DNA of 64,000 bases, from NCBI GenBank assembly GCA_907165135.1, contig OU015567.1, positions 10,540,001-10,604,000 on the forward strand. The letters run 5' to 3'. Made by a program: the position numbers and the translations under genes. This document shows positions 13,107-26,603 of this stretch, one piece after another. Position 1 is the stretch's first letter, and every line of letters starts with the position of its first letter. The DNA is from Oikopleura dioica. Its lineage: Eukaryota; Animalia; Chordata. The notes beneath the pieces were generated by a model. It saw only the letters and a list, made by a program, of their open reading frames with translations, searched no databases and was not told where the DNA came from.

Positions 13107-14233
13107 TTGATGTTCCTCTTGTAACCCAATTTTTATCCTTTCCATTTAGTCTATGCTTCCAGACATACTTTCAAAATATAGAATAACTGCTACTCAACCT
13201 CTGCCAAAACGCTCTTCTCTAAAAATTCAAATACATGATTTTGATACTAAAACAACCTCGACCTTTTTGTTGATTTCAGCTTATTTGAAATCAACAAGGA
13301 CAAAACCAGTGTCTTAAGAGTGTCTTTGCACGTCAAAAACAAACTGAAAATAATAATATATTTAACGAAGATATGAACACTGTCTAACCGTGTCTAAGAT
13401 ATCGTATTATTGAATATTTGGTTGAATTTGAACATTTTTCGGAGTTAATATTTTCTGTTTAAATAAGGCATGAAAGCGTTGCCTCTAATGGTTAGGGTTG
13501 CCAATTCCAGAGACAATAATGCATTTCTAACATTGATCGATTCAGTAGTGAATTTTTAAGTAACAGGGCGGATATTTTCCGTGCTTGTTTACTTTGGTAT
13601 GAACTGCTGACAAGGAATTTTGGGTTGAAGTTCTGATGCTCCCGAGGTGCTGAACGAGCTGAACAAATGAGATGATTTTCTCTGCAATGAGTCTGGTTTA
13701 GTCTATAATTCATCGGCTAAACAAGAGCGCTTGTATCTCCTTTACTTCGCCAACGATCCCAGCCCTGAGAATAAAGAGAACGGCACAGTCGAGCATCCCA
13801 AACAGATATTGACCAACAAATTTTTATCGACAGGACTTACGATTTTATTGACGAAGAATTATCAAGTTTCGGAAGGTTGAATAAGCATCCTTAGAAGTAA
13901 ACAATAATGACATAAAATGATATTTTTCAAAAGAATAATAATACAATAAAATTATTATAAATTTCTCATAAAATTTTCATAAATCAGTTATTCAAATCAG
14001 TTATTGAAATTTCAAAAATTACTCATGATAATTTCAATTTCAATATAAGTGCATTCCGGCAACAGGCTATTTGTTTCCATGTGACCCGAGCAATAACCAT
14101 CATCCACTCCCAGTCAGGTAATGCTAATTATCCGCCGAGAGAATTTTATTACACTTTCGAGACCACTTTAACTGTATTTAAAGTGGACTTCGGTAATTTC
14201 AATACGTAGTTAGAAGTCGCTGCTAAAGAGAAA

Positions 14234-16822
14234 ATGAATACGATCGCAGCGAAAATCATCATACTTGTTATTTTACTGATCGATGGGTTGATCTTTGGCC
14301 ACTTGAGTCTTGGAATTAAGGACTGGGTCTGATTGTTATTTCAGTCGTACAAGCTTAAAATATGGATATGCACACTTGACGTTTCTCAAGAAAAAATAAA
14401 TCTATGAAGACCTTCAGCGAAAGTGGTGGATGGATAGAAAGCATGGCAAACACCATAGTAGAACAGATGGAAAAGTAAGTTTTAACTGTGAAATTGTGAA
14501 CCTCACCTGGATTATTATACATTCGAGCATATTTTTGGAATAGACAGCCGGACGAGATGAATTTTCAATTAAAAAAAGAACTCGAAAAAGTTAAAATTGC
14601 TCTGGCAGAAGTCTAAATATGTCTCGTCGTCTGTGTTTAAATCCGGACTAGCAACTGGTCTTATTTCTCCAGTCATGAGAATATAAAGATTAGATTCTGC
14701 TCCCCAAAAGAACTAGATTAGCCATTCTCTTAAATAACTAAGGTCCGGTTTCAATTTAATGTGCCAGATTTGCTTTTCGTTTTGCGGGAAAACTATAGGT
14801 ACTAGCCTAGTACTATCATACCTTTTAAGAATCCTCATAAAAAGATCTTTTGTTTTATCGAGGCCGATTTTTAGATTTCAAGTTCATTTCCGAGTTTTAT
14901 CGGTTTTTGTGTTTTCTAGTGCATTTTTCAAGTTCATACAAGTCCGAAACTATCAATTTTTTTAAAATCTTCGTTCGATAAATCGACAGATCTTGTCGAG
15001 ACGATTCCTAAAAAGTACTAGATTCGGACAGCCATGTAGAAATTAAGGGGTAGCCTTGGCACATTAAATTGAAACCCTGCCTAAGTCTTGTTTAACACAC
15101 GCTATTACTGTCAGAAAGATAGTCACATCCTCTGAGAGCTAAGCTCAATATCATTTGTCAATTAATAGTTGCTTTCAATTTCTTCCGTTCCAAAAGGCTC
15201 ACAGGATTATGAGAGTCTTAATTCTGAAGCGTCATAATTCGCGCTTATCCGCTTCATTTAGCATCAGAAATCAGAGTCGATCGCCTTTCTCAATTGTTTC
15301 GCGGCCGGCATCTTCTTTGCCACTTGTATGCTACACATGCTGCCTGAGGAACCCGGATGAACTCGATTTTAAATTCAGAAACTACGAGTTTTGTAGTGAA
15401 CAATGCAACTGGAATCAATAAAATATTTATTCCTTTTCAAGAGACCGTTTCCATTGCGGTTTGTTCCGACGCATAAGCCAGCATTTCCAGTTGCTATTCC
15501 CCAAAAGACGTATGTTCTTCCGGGCACAACCAAGGTCAATTCTTTGATCAACCACAAACTTGGCAAAAATTAAGAATAAAATGGAATAAGATTTTCCTTC
15601 TATGAAATTTTTCTTTAGAGACTCTTATCTTACCGCGTTTACAAGTACTTGCCTTTTGATCTTTCGAGTATTATCCGGGGTAGGTATCCGAAAGTATGAA
15701 AGAAGAATTCGAGGTCGAATATCCACTCGCGGAGGTAACAGCTGCGATCGGCTTCTTTTTCGTCTTGATGCTCGAGCAGCTCGTCACTTCCTACTGCATC
15801 GCAAAGAACCACAAAGACATCACTTCAAAAAGCACGCAGAGTAATCTACCGGTCCGGGCGAATAATGAACCAGACGTTAGAGCGAAGCAAGTTCAAGTTG
15901 ATATTCTGGAACGGAGAGATCTATATACATTTTTGATAAAAAAGATTCTAAAAACTAGCAAACATGAAATAACCATCCTTCTCTTGTCAAGTTTATATTT
16001 TTCGTCATTTAGAAATGTAGACTTCCCGATAAAGACAAATTCAAATGTTGTCCAAAGCCCAAAATCTCAGCCAATCGACCCAAGCTACCAGATCAATGTT
16101 CAAAGCGGTAGTTACAATTGATTATATACAAAATTTAACGAATCAGGCTATGTTTTATAAAAAACTTTTGACATCTAAAAATCCAGAAGAAGACGACCAT
16201 GGCCACTTTGACATGACAAGTCAGTCAAAAATGAGGACCCTGATTCTGGTGGGCGCGCTGAGCTTGCATGCGATCTTCGAAGGGCTTGTTTTTGGGCTTT
16301 CTAGTGGCGAAGTTGGAGATATTTTGGGGACAATGTCTGCTGTGCTTATTCACAAGTCAATAATTGCGTTTTCGACGGGGATGCAGCTTGTTTCCTCGGA
16401 GATCGAGGCAAGTTTTTAAAGCTATTGAAAAACAAATTGCGCATAAATTTATATTGCTCATTAGCAAACAGCTGTAAATAACGGTATTTTTAGCATGCTT
16501 ACCTATGCAGCGCAATTTGTATTTTCTCAATGATGGCCCCGCTGGGTGTCGGAATCGGAATTCTAATAACAAGTTTGGGCGGAGAAACGATAGGTGCTCT
16601 TATTGCGGTTTTGGAGAGTTTTGCTACGGGAACGTTCTTTTACGTCACGTTTTTGGAACTTGTGCCGCATGAATTTGTTGGTAAACATGTTAAAAATGGA
16701 CCTCTAAAGGTAATAAACATGGTATAAGTTCCTCTCTAAGATTATTCTAGTGCTTCATCATGTTCTCCGGTTTCATGTTCATGGCGATATTCCAGTACAT
16801 GAATCCGGAGGAAGAAGAGTAA
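14234..16822 (+). CDS. SLC39A: ZIP (SLC39A1/2/3-like) zinc transporter
   Basis: LNCFAAGIFFATCMLHMLPE, YPLAEVTAAIGFFFVLMLEQ, ALSLHAIFEGL, HKSIIAF, ATGTFFYVTFLEL. The first TM exon at 14234 (AKIIILVILLIDGLIFG) is assigned tentatively. Confidence 0.88.
14745..15079. mobile_element. Older MITE-like element, probably intronic in the ZIP gene
   Basis: 20-bp inverted repeat GGTTTCAATTTAATGTGCCA at 14747-14766 and 15057-15076. The right end reads CAGGG on the reverse strand; the left end and TSD are degenerate. Confidence 0.7.
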
Positions 16823-17355
16823 ATCATCATTCTTCCAGTTTATTTTCCCGTAACTGTAAATTTGACGATAAAAGACTGTATCTTCCTTTTTTTACCTGAT
16901 CAACACAACTGCAAATACTTGTAGCTCTGATATATTAAATTATATACTCTAAAATAATATATCCTCTCATTTAATAAATTAAAATAGAAAGAATCCGAAT
17001 AGTCGAGAACAGATTAATGAAGCATAAAATTTGCATTTCGGTTATGGAAACGAGGCCTTAATTCGGCCGCTTTTGGTGATAGCATCGGTCCCACACTTCC
17101 GCTTCCCTTTCAAGTTACAATTATTTCGCGAAGCACGAAAATTGAGATTCCGGTGCTCATCCGTAAAATTGCCCTCATTTGATGGCCTCCTGCAGTCGAC
17201 AGTAGCAAAAGCAGGTGCATCTGCGCAGGACTGACAATATCAGTGGCGTAATGTCCACCTGTAGGCGCTTGAGAGCTTGTTCTAGATTTTTATAAATATC
17301 AAGTACTTCCGTTAAGCAAAACAGAATATTCGAAAAACAAAAAAAAAACAAGAAA

Positions 17356-17760
17356 ATGTCACTGAGAATCCGAAGAGCTCCTCGATATGACAGTGTCACT
17401 GTCGATCGATCGATGTATCCGCCAAAACTTCGTAGAGACTCCAGATACTTCTCCTCCTGCACTAACTTGAACAAAGTCGAGATAGACCTCAACCAGAAAG
17501 TCTTCGATGCAATCACTCAGAAAGCAAGAAGTCCCGCAATGACGAAGAAGTCTAAGACCTCAAGATTTTTGAAATTCTCAAAAATTCTTCTGAGAAAGTT
17601 CGAGAAGGATTCCAAATCAACGCCGAAGAGAGTGCAGAAGAGATCAAGTGAAAATTTTACTACGAAAACGCCAATCGTACGAACAAGAGAGCAAATTATC
17701 AATTCCGGGCTAATCATTTGGGAGGAAGAATCCGAGCCAGCTTTTGTAGTCCCAGAATGA
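17356..17760 (+). CDS. Uncharacterised basic protein, single ORF of 134 aa
   Basis: ATG after an A-rich leader, coding-like composition, followed by an AT-rich 3' region. No family recognised. Confidence 0.45.
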   Translation: MSLRIRRAPRYDSVTVDRSMYPPKLRRDSRYFSSCTNLNKVEIDLNQKVFDAITQKARSPAMTKKSKTSRFLKFSKILLRKFEKDSKSTPKRVQKRSSENFTTKTPIVRTREQIINSGLIIWEEESEPAFVVPE

Positions 17761-17894
17761 TTTCATTTTTTTCCTCTTCGCTTGTAAACTACCTGTATAT
17801 AAATAAACTGCAAAGATATCCAAATATTTGTCGTGCGAAAGTAGGACAAGCTAGAAAAGTATCAATATAATAAATGATGTATTGAAAGAAACTG

Positions 17895-19470
17895 AAACAA
17901 AATACAGAAATTAAATAATCAATTTTTGATGCTGCTGGCGATAGCGAAGCAATGCATAAGTCAAAGTGAGGAGAGCAACAAGGATGAGTCCAGTAGCGAT
18001 CCACCATCGCTGTGTGATTTTGTTTTCGTTCGTGGTATTTTCTTTGCTCTCTACGATGATTTCTTCATCATTGTTTGTCTAAAAGAGCTTGATCATAAGA
18101 AGAAAAAATGCATAGAAATAAGTTCGTCGACCCGAAGGGGAAGATTTCTGTTTATCTACATAAATACCTGATCATTTCCAAACGCATCTTCGAAGAATCG
18201 CTCTTTCACAATAACATTCGCTAAATCGCTGATGACTTCTTCTTTTTCTTGTGGGTTAACAATGATGAATTTGATTTGGACGTCTTCAGTCGTTGGCTTG
18301 TCGGAAGAAGCTTCAAGCGCAGCCCTTCTTCGTCGGTTGGGGTTGACGTGTACTCGGCAGGTCAGGTAGATCTTAGTGCCGGGAGTGAATTGGAACATCT
18401 GGAAGTGAAATCCAACACCCTCAGGGTCGTAACTATCGCCTTGAAAAATTTTTATTTATCAAAATATAAAATGATTGATATACATATCAATGATATTTCA
18501 TGAACCCTTCACTTACCAATAAAGCCTTTCTGCAAGTCAATGCCAACAGGGAAAGGAACATCAGCGGGAACAACGCCGTCATTGATGATGGTAATCGACT
18601 TGCCCATGTTATCAGACACGGTACAGATATCAAGCTCCATCGAGTGAAGACCAGAACCAATATCGCTTTTTGCGGTAACACGGACGTGAAGAGTCTCACC
18701 GACGACGTAAACAATTTCACCTTGTGGAGTGGCCATGTTGTTAGCGGCGATTCCGGGTCGGACGCTCCAAGCAGTCTTGTAGAAAGACATGACCGGCTGC
18801 CAGAACTCGATTTGTTCCATGCTGCCGGGAGCGCGGACTTCGGGACGAATCACCGAGACAGCCGGGCGAATTTCAGTTTGGCAAACGACTCTTGTAAGAG
18901 CGCGCGGCATGCTAAGACCGTTGAAATTTTTGTGCGCTTGTCATAAATTTAACCTGATCAAGTCGTTGATTCTGTCCATCACGAAGGTTATGCGTTTCGT
19001 AAGTCCTTGTCCGTCAAAGCTAAGTAGGCTTGGGCATTCGAGTTCGTAATAGCCAAGGTTTGAAACTGTCGCTGGTCCACAGACGGCGCCTGCTGCTGAG
19101 CAAACATCGTTGGCGCATCCTTAAAAATTTCATTACTTCTTATACTTTAATAAATGTTTCTAACCATGAATGCCGACGTTAGGGATGCCACGAGCGTATT
19201 CCTCTACTGCCCCAGCAGGAATCCTGATTTTGATGCCGGTTGAAGTACAGAGCGGAATAGCCTCGTAGTCGCAATCTTTTCCAATGAATGGAAAACCAGC
19301 TAAAAGTTCATTTCAAAGTGAATCTCTTCTCTTTTTCCCATACCATTCGGTCGGCAGTAGTAGTCATTTTCATCCTTGCAGGAAGTCTCGCACTCGCATC
19401 CGTTATTACAGGGATTGTCAATGCAAGATAACGCGGCAGCAGCGCCGAAAAGAAACAAAAAATTGAACAT
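17895..19470 (-). CDS. ZP-domain membrane protein (signal peptide, EGF-like Cys module, ZP domain, furin site, TM)
   Basis: MFNFLFLFGAAAALSC signal, CNNGCECETSCKDENDYYC, ZP-C-like GFHFQMFQF...LTCRVHV, RRRR site, C-terminal WWIATGLILVALLTLTYALL TM. Confidence 0.75.
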
Positions 19471-19844
19471 AAATCTCTAACTTAAAATTAAAAAAGAAAA
19501 AACTCAAAACAGTCCGCTCTCGATTTTGCAAGGAACGCGACTGAGGACCGGTTGTTTTTAATGGAGAGCGAAAATTTTTCATACATCTGCGATCTGATTT
19601 CGAAATTTTCAGTTGTTGCGTATGACCTCTAAAGCAAAATGTCCTCTTCTTCCTTAGCTGATACTTCGAATCTTGCTTGAAAAAGAAAATTGACGCCATT
19701 ATGCCATACATAAGTATCCCTTGCAGGGTTCCCTGCTCTAATAAATTGCTTATGCATCTTGTCACTGCAAGAATCAACAAAGACGATATTTTAACTGAAA
19801 AAATAATATATTTGAACATAAGAAAACTTAAAAAGAAACTAAAA

Positions 19845-22702
19845 AGTTAAAAAGAATAGCCAAAGGCAGATTTATCTTCGCCCATAAGGGCCTCTTCTTC
19901 AAGCCTCTTTTGAATGATCATTTCTCTTCGTTGTCTGAGGAAGATAATGAGGAGAATCGTGAAGGCGCCGAGGAGGCTGATGAGAAGGTATCGAATCCAT
20001 ATGAAGCTAGCTGTTTCCGTTAAGATCTTTTCGATCTCTTCAACCTCTTCGTAGACCTTAAAAGACGTTTCATTTTTTTTTTTGATAAAAATGAAAAAAG
20101 TTTAGTTCACTGGCTTACTTCAGATTTCAGCTTTTTGCCGCTAGACTCGATGAAGCTCGTCCCGTTTTCGAAGAAATCCAAAATTTCATCTGCAAGATTG
20201 ATTGTCGTTCGGGTGGTACTGGGTGTCGTGAAGTTTCCATGGAAAAATTCATCAATCATTTTGCCAAGATCAACGGTTGTTCTGGTCGTAGTCGTTGTCG
20301 TGGTTGTCGTCGTGGTTGTCGTAGGAACGTCAGCGTAGATCGTGAGTGTTTGGAGATCCTCAATGATTTCTTCAATAAGGGCGTCGATGTCGGATGCTTC
20401 TTGAACCACGAAGAATGTAACTTCGATTTGTTCTTCATCATTGCCAAGGTCGTAATACTCATCAGAAATGCTATAAAGCTCGGGCAAGTATTCATCTGAT
20501 TCGTACTCTTCATAGTAGTCTTCATATTGATCCAGAAGTTCTCTCCATTCGGAGAAAGTATGCTGTTCATTTTCATGGAGCAAGTAGGGATCGTATGAAG
20601 ATCTTCGTCGTCTTCTGTTTTTATCCATACGTACGGAGCACATCAGCGTGATTTCCGTACCAGGCGCGAACTGAAACATTTGGAATTGGAAGCCAACTCC
20701 GGGGAACTCCTGGCCACCGCCAACCGATCCAGCAGCGCGATCAACAACAACGGGGAAAGGCAGATTTGGCGGGACAACGCCATTTGACAAGATTGTGATC
20801 GCATGGCCAGCGTTAACTGATGATCGGAGAGTGCAAGTGTCCAACGAGATTGTGTGTGGTGTCGGCAATTGACTCGCCGGAGTCCCGTTGTAATCTGCTT
20901 CTAATCTTACATGCAGCATTTCACCAACAACGTAGATGATTGTGCCAGTACCGGGAACAGCGAGATTATTCGCGGGGATTCCTGGGCGAACGTTGAAGTT
21001 AGTTTTCCAGAAGGACATTGTTGGCTGCCAAATGTTAACTTTAGAAACAGTGCCGACATTTCGAATTTCAGGGCGGATGACAGCTTGTGCTTGTCGAACC
21101 TCAACAACACAGTCAACGCGAGTGAGGGCGCGAGGCATGCTTATGAGATCGTCCACTCGGTCCAAGACAAAAGTGACTGACGAGCGTAAGCTGCCACCGG
21201 CGAGAGAAGGTGTTACTGGACAAGAGGCGATGACGCTTGTGCTACCAGGAGTGACACGGAATGGTCCGCAAATAGCATCAGAGGGGTGGCAAATCGTACC
21301 AGCTGCACATCCGTGCACGGCCACGTTCGGAACTCCCTGTGCATACCAGAAGATGGCTTCGTTTGGAACTGAGATGGAGACAGAGTCGGTGGTGCAACGA
21401 GGTTGAATCGGATACTCACAATTTTTACCAATAAACGGGAAACCGACTGAAATAAAATGTTATTAAGGAAGAGATTTTGAAAGACTTACCTTGAGGCTTG
21501 CAATAATAATTATTTTCATCTTTGCACGAAGGTTCGCAGGTGCATCCATTTTGGCATTCGCACTGGGGAGTAACTGGCGCGTCAGTAACAGAACCAACCG
21601 GTGGCACAATAACTGGGGAACCGTACCAGTAATTGACCAAATACTGGAATTCGAATCGCCAATAACCGCCAATGAGGCCAAAATTGACATCTTCTCCGTC
21701 ATAGCTATCGATTTCCATAATCATGTAGAAATTATCAAGCCAGGTTTGTTCGCGGAAGAGGAAGAGCGAGCAAATTGACTTCGTGGCCTCAACATGGCTA
21801 ATTTCGGAAAAGAATCGGAGTTTGTCATTATGAGTGATGCTCGTAACGAAACTTTCGTGGTTGATGATGTTTACGGAGATAATGCGGTTTCGCTCGGCAG
21901 TTTTAACGTATCTTGATGAATTGTTAACGGAATACGAATCAAAGAAGCTTACTTGAGGTAGTAGGAGCTTAGGTTAACGAGTCCTGTCGATTGTAAGCCG
22001 GCTGCGTGAACAATTTCGGTGGCAATGGGTCCTACTCGAAGCGCTGCTGCCAGTCGTTGGTAGAGAACTTGAACACTTCGGATTTCGCAATCATGATATT
22101 GTGAGTCTTAAAATTGATTTAACCTAAAAATTTTAGAATATCCTACCTGTTGTTCGGCGTTTCCTATCAATAGTATCATATCTATAAATTGGATAGTGAG
22201 CGTATGTATTGGAAGGAGCAGCAACGAAGACTTCAAAAGTAGTTCCTGACGGGTACACGCTGTTTTGCACTTCTTGGATGATTTTGTAGGCCATCCAATC
22301 CCAGTCGAAACTTGCGGCCCCACTGTCCCACTGGGCATCGATATAAAACATGACGTGTAGCTCTTCCTCGGTGAAACTGTAGCTCTGTGAGGTAGCAACG
22401 CCAGGATCATAATCTCCCCAAGGAGGAGAGACTACTGGCATACTAAAATATACCATTTTACTTGAATACGATGAATAATCAAACCTGAAGTCGTCGTTTG
22501 ATGGATTGTTGAACAACATCGTGAAGGAGTTTAAATTGTCACAGAAGCCTCTAGCTTTCAAGGTGTTTACTTCGGCGATAGCAGCTGCGACGTTTGTCTT
22601 ACGTACTTCTAATGTGCTAGTGTGCTAAAACTCTATTTAAGACCTAGTAGTCTTGCAGCTTACTTACAGCATTACATTGATAACTAAGATCAAAGACGAC
22701 AT
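19845..22702 (-). CDS. Larger tandem paralog ZP-domain membrane protein with extra N-terminal domain(s) and a Thr-rich stalk
   Basis: Shares SMPRALTRV.C..E.R.A..VIRPE.R, WQP.MSF.KT...VRPGI.ANN and GF.FQMFQF.PGT with the 17895-19470 gene. RRRRRS site, poly-Thr at about 20270-20330, TM near 19950-20000. TATA-like element on the minus strand near 22880. Confidence 0.78.
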
Positions 22703-23138
22703 TTGTATGGAGAGGGCAGACCTTCACATGCGCGGCTACCGTCCCCAGTAACAAGAAGATTAATTTCTCTAGCATAACTTAGGGTTGAAACTTAAAAAGG
22801 GAAACTTAAAATTGAAACTTAAAAACTCAGCCGGCGGAAATCACACGACTGGTTGAACGGCCGCTCGACCGGGGGTTTTATAGGGTGAATCTTGACTTTG
22901 GCGCCACAATTTCGAAGAAATCTTGATAAAATTGACCGTTAAAAACAACCTGACCTGCTTTTGCGTGTTTTTGTGTAACAACAACGAAGATTTGATTATG
23001 AATATTTATTTAATTCATATTTTATCATTATTAAACCTAGCACAATTGCTTTGTAATTAGAAATAGTCTACAATACCTAAACAAAATGTGAACTGGCGGG
23101 AGAAGAGACAGGGACGAAATAAAAGAAATATAAACTAT

Positions 23139-24700
<1,562 letters not shown>

Positions 24701-25899
24701 GTCAACAATCTGCGCGAAAGCACAGCCCAATTCAAGTTTGTATTACAAACAAGAGCGGCTCTTGCATGAGCGAACCCGTTCCCAGGTTTAACTTTATCAA
24801 GACGATTTTACGGAAGCCCTTTCAAAAGTTGAATCGGCCAAAAAAAAAAACAAAGCATGATTTAATCGTAAAAATCTACACTCCGGTTTATTTCAATCTT
24901 GGGTAGAGCTATTTAAAATTCTAGAACATTATGCATCAGGTTTATGCAAATTTCATCGCGAAAGGATACCTATTCAAACCTCATTCTTATCTAACTTTTT
25001 GAGGTGCGGAATTTAGTAAAGTCTCATTTAATATTTCATACCACGCCCTTTGGAGAAAAGGCGCCGCCACGTGGGGTTGTACAGGTGTTTGCGTACTAAC
25101 CTCATGATATTTTTTGAAAATCGTCTGGAAAAGGGGTAAGGTGTTGATGCTGGGGCAGTCTCTTGAAGAGTGAGGACAGAAGGCGGATGCTCGGTGGGAC
25201 GGACTTGGGCTGTGCCGCTTTTGATTGGTCAACCGGTAATGTTCAGAGGCTAAACGAAGCCACCGCCGGTGATATGATGCAATCTTAACACTTCAAAACA
25301 TGTCCTCAAGGAGCACCACCAAAGCATCTAGAATCCGATTCTCCAAACGTCAGCATCACGCAACATTTCGACAACACTTTAGATACAGTAAGCCCGCGGA
25401 ATTATTTGGTTTGAACACGCCCAGAGTGTGGTCAAGGGCGGTCCCGACAAGAAATGTTGAAATAACTTTTATAGTGATCTACCCTTACAACTCGCTACTT
25501 AGTGACTTTATTGATATTGTCGGACATTTAATCGTTTTCATCGACTGTAAATATTCTTCTTTTTACATCTTTGAAGAAATTAACTGTTACAGGAATTGTA
25601 CCGTCCCAAATATTATAATTTTGTTGCATAGTTGCATAATTATTAATTATTATTTTGGTACGTATCGTGGTTCAATTTCGAATCAAGGTTCTTGATAATT
25701 ATTTAAGAAGCACTTTCAATCAGTCTGATCACTGATCCATCATCATTGTTGCGCGACCCTAACATTGGTTTTTACTGCTTACAGCTGGTCGTTTTTATTG
25801 GCAATGAATGAAGATTATTTATTGAGTTCAACGAGTCCGTTCAGGAATTCATTAAACTCATTATTCAAAAAGTTCGATACTTCTTTATTTATGTTTGAT

Positions 25900-26330
25900 A
25901 AATGAGGCAGTGAAGCTAAATGTCAAAAGCAGCAAACTTGAATGAGTTTCAAGTTTCATGGAGAGCGGCCATCAGAGCTGGAACTTGCTCGACAAAGGCG
26001 GTCATTCGGTCCTCCACAAGAGGCTAAAATTAATTCATTTCTTGCTTTCTCGATGTTGCTTTTACCTGAACTACCCAGTTGGTGAATTCAGTTACTTTAG
26101 CAGTTGCTTTTAGCGCGTCTTCATTTAGCTTGTCTTCTTTCATGAGATAAAAATTGGTATCTTTGTACGTTTTTCCTTGGAGAGGGCGGCCGCGGAACAT
26201 CGAGGTAGCAGTTCCGTCTTTTTGGCGGCGGTACATGTTGAACCAGCCGTTGAGACTTACTTCTTTTCCATCGCACTCGTGGATTCTTAGCAGATATGGA
26301 ACCTTTCTTATTCAGTATTAACTTACACGC
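25900..26330 (-). CDS. Probable small uncharacterised gene downstream of DPP9
   Basis: GC-richer coding-like block with ORFs 26030-26236 and 26121-26345. The reading frame is ambiguous. Confidence 0.3.
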
Positions 26331-26603
26331 ATGGCAAAACATCAACTTGAAGATTTTTCATTTTCTTCGCGTTAGTTATTGTCAATTCGCCGTTTTCATC
26401 CTCCTTGTACTCTTCGTAATCCATTCTATATTCAAAAATCAAGGATTGTTTAATAAACGGTCATTATTTTATCTTTTTAAAGTCAATTTTCGAACTCTAC
26501 AAAATATACAGAAACAAATCGGGGCAGCAACGTGATCACAAAAGGTACACCTTGGAGAAACAAAACAAAACTTTCGTTGGCGGCTGATACGCTACAGCGC
26601 GGC

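Noticed and set aside
13493-13510. Solo TAGGGTTGCCAATT resembling the 60293 TIR
   Set aside because: No matching partner end or TSD found; it overlaps the end of a minus-strand ORF and may be chance or a remnant.
13492-13900. Possible small minus-strand gene
   Set aside because: Could not build a consistent exon chain or recognise a product.
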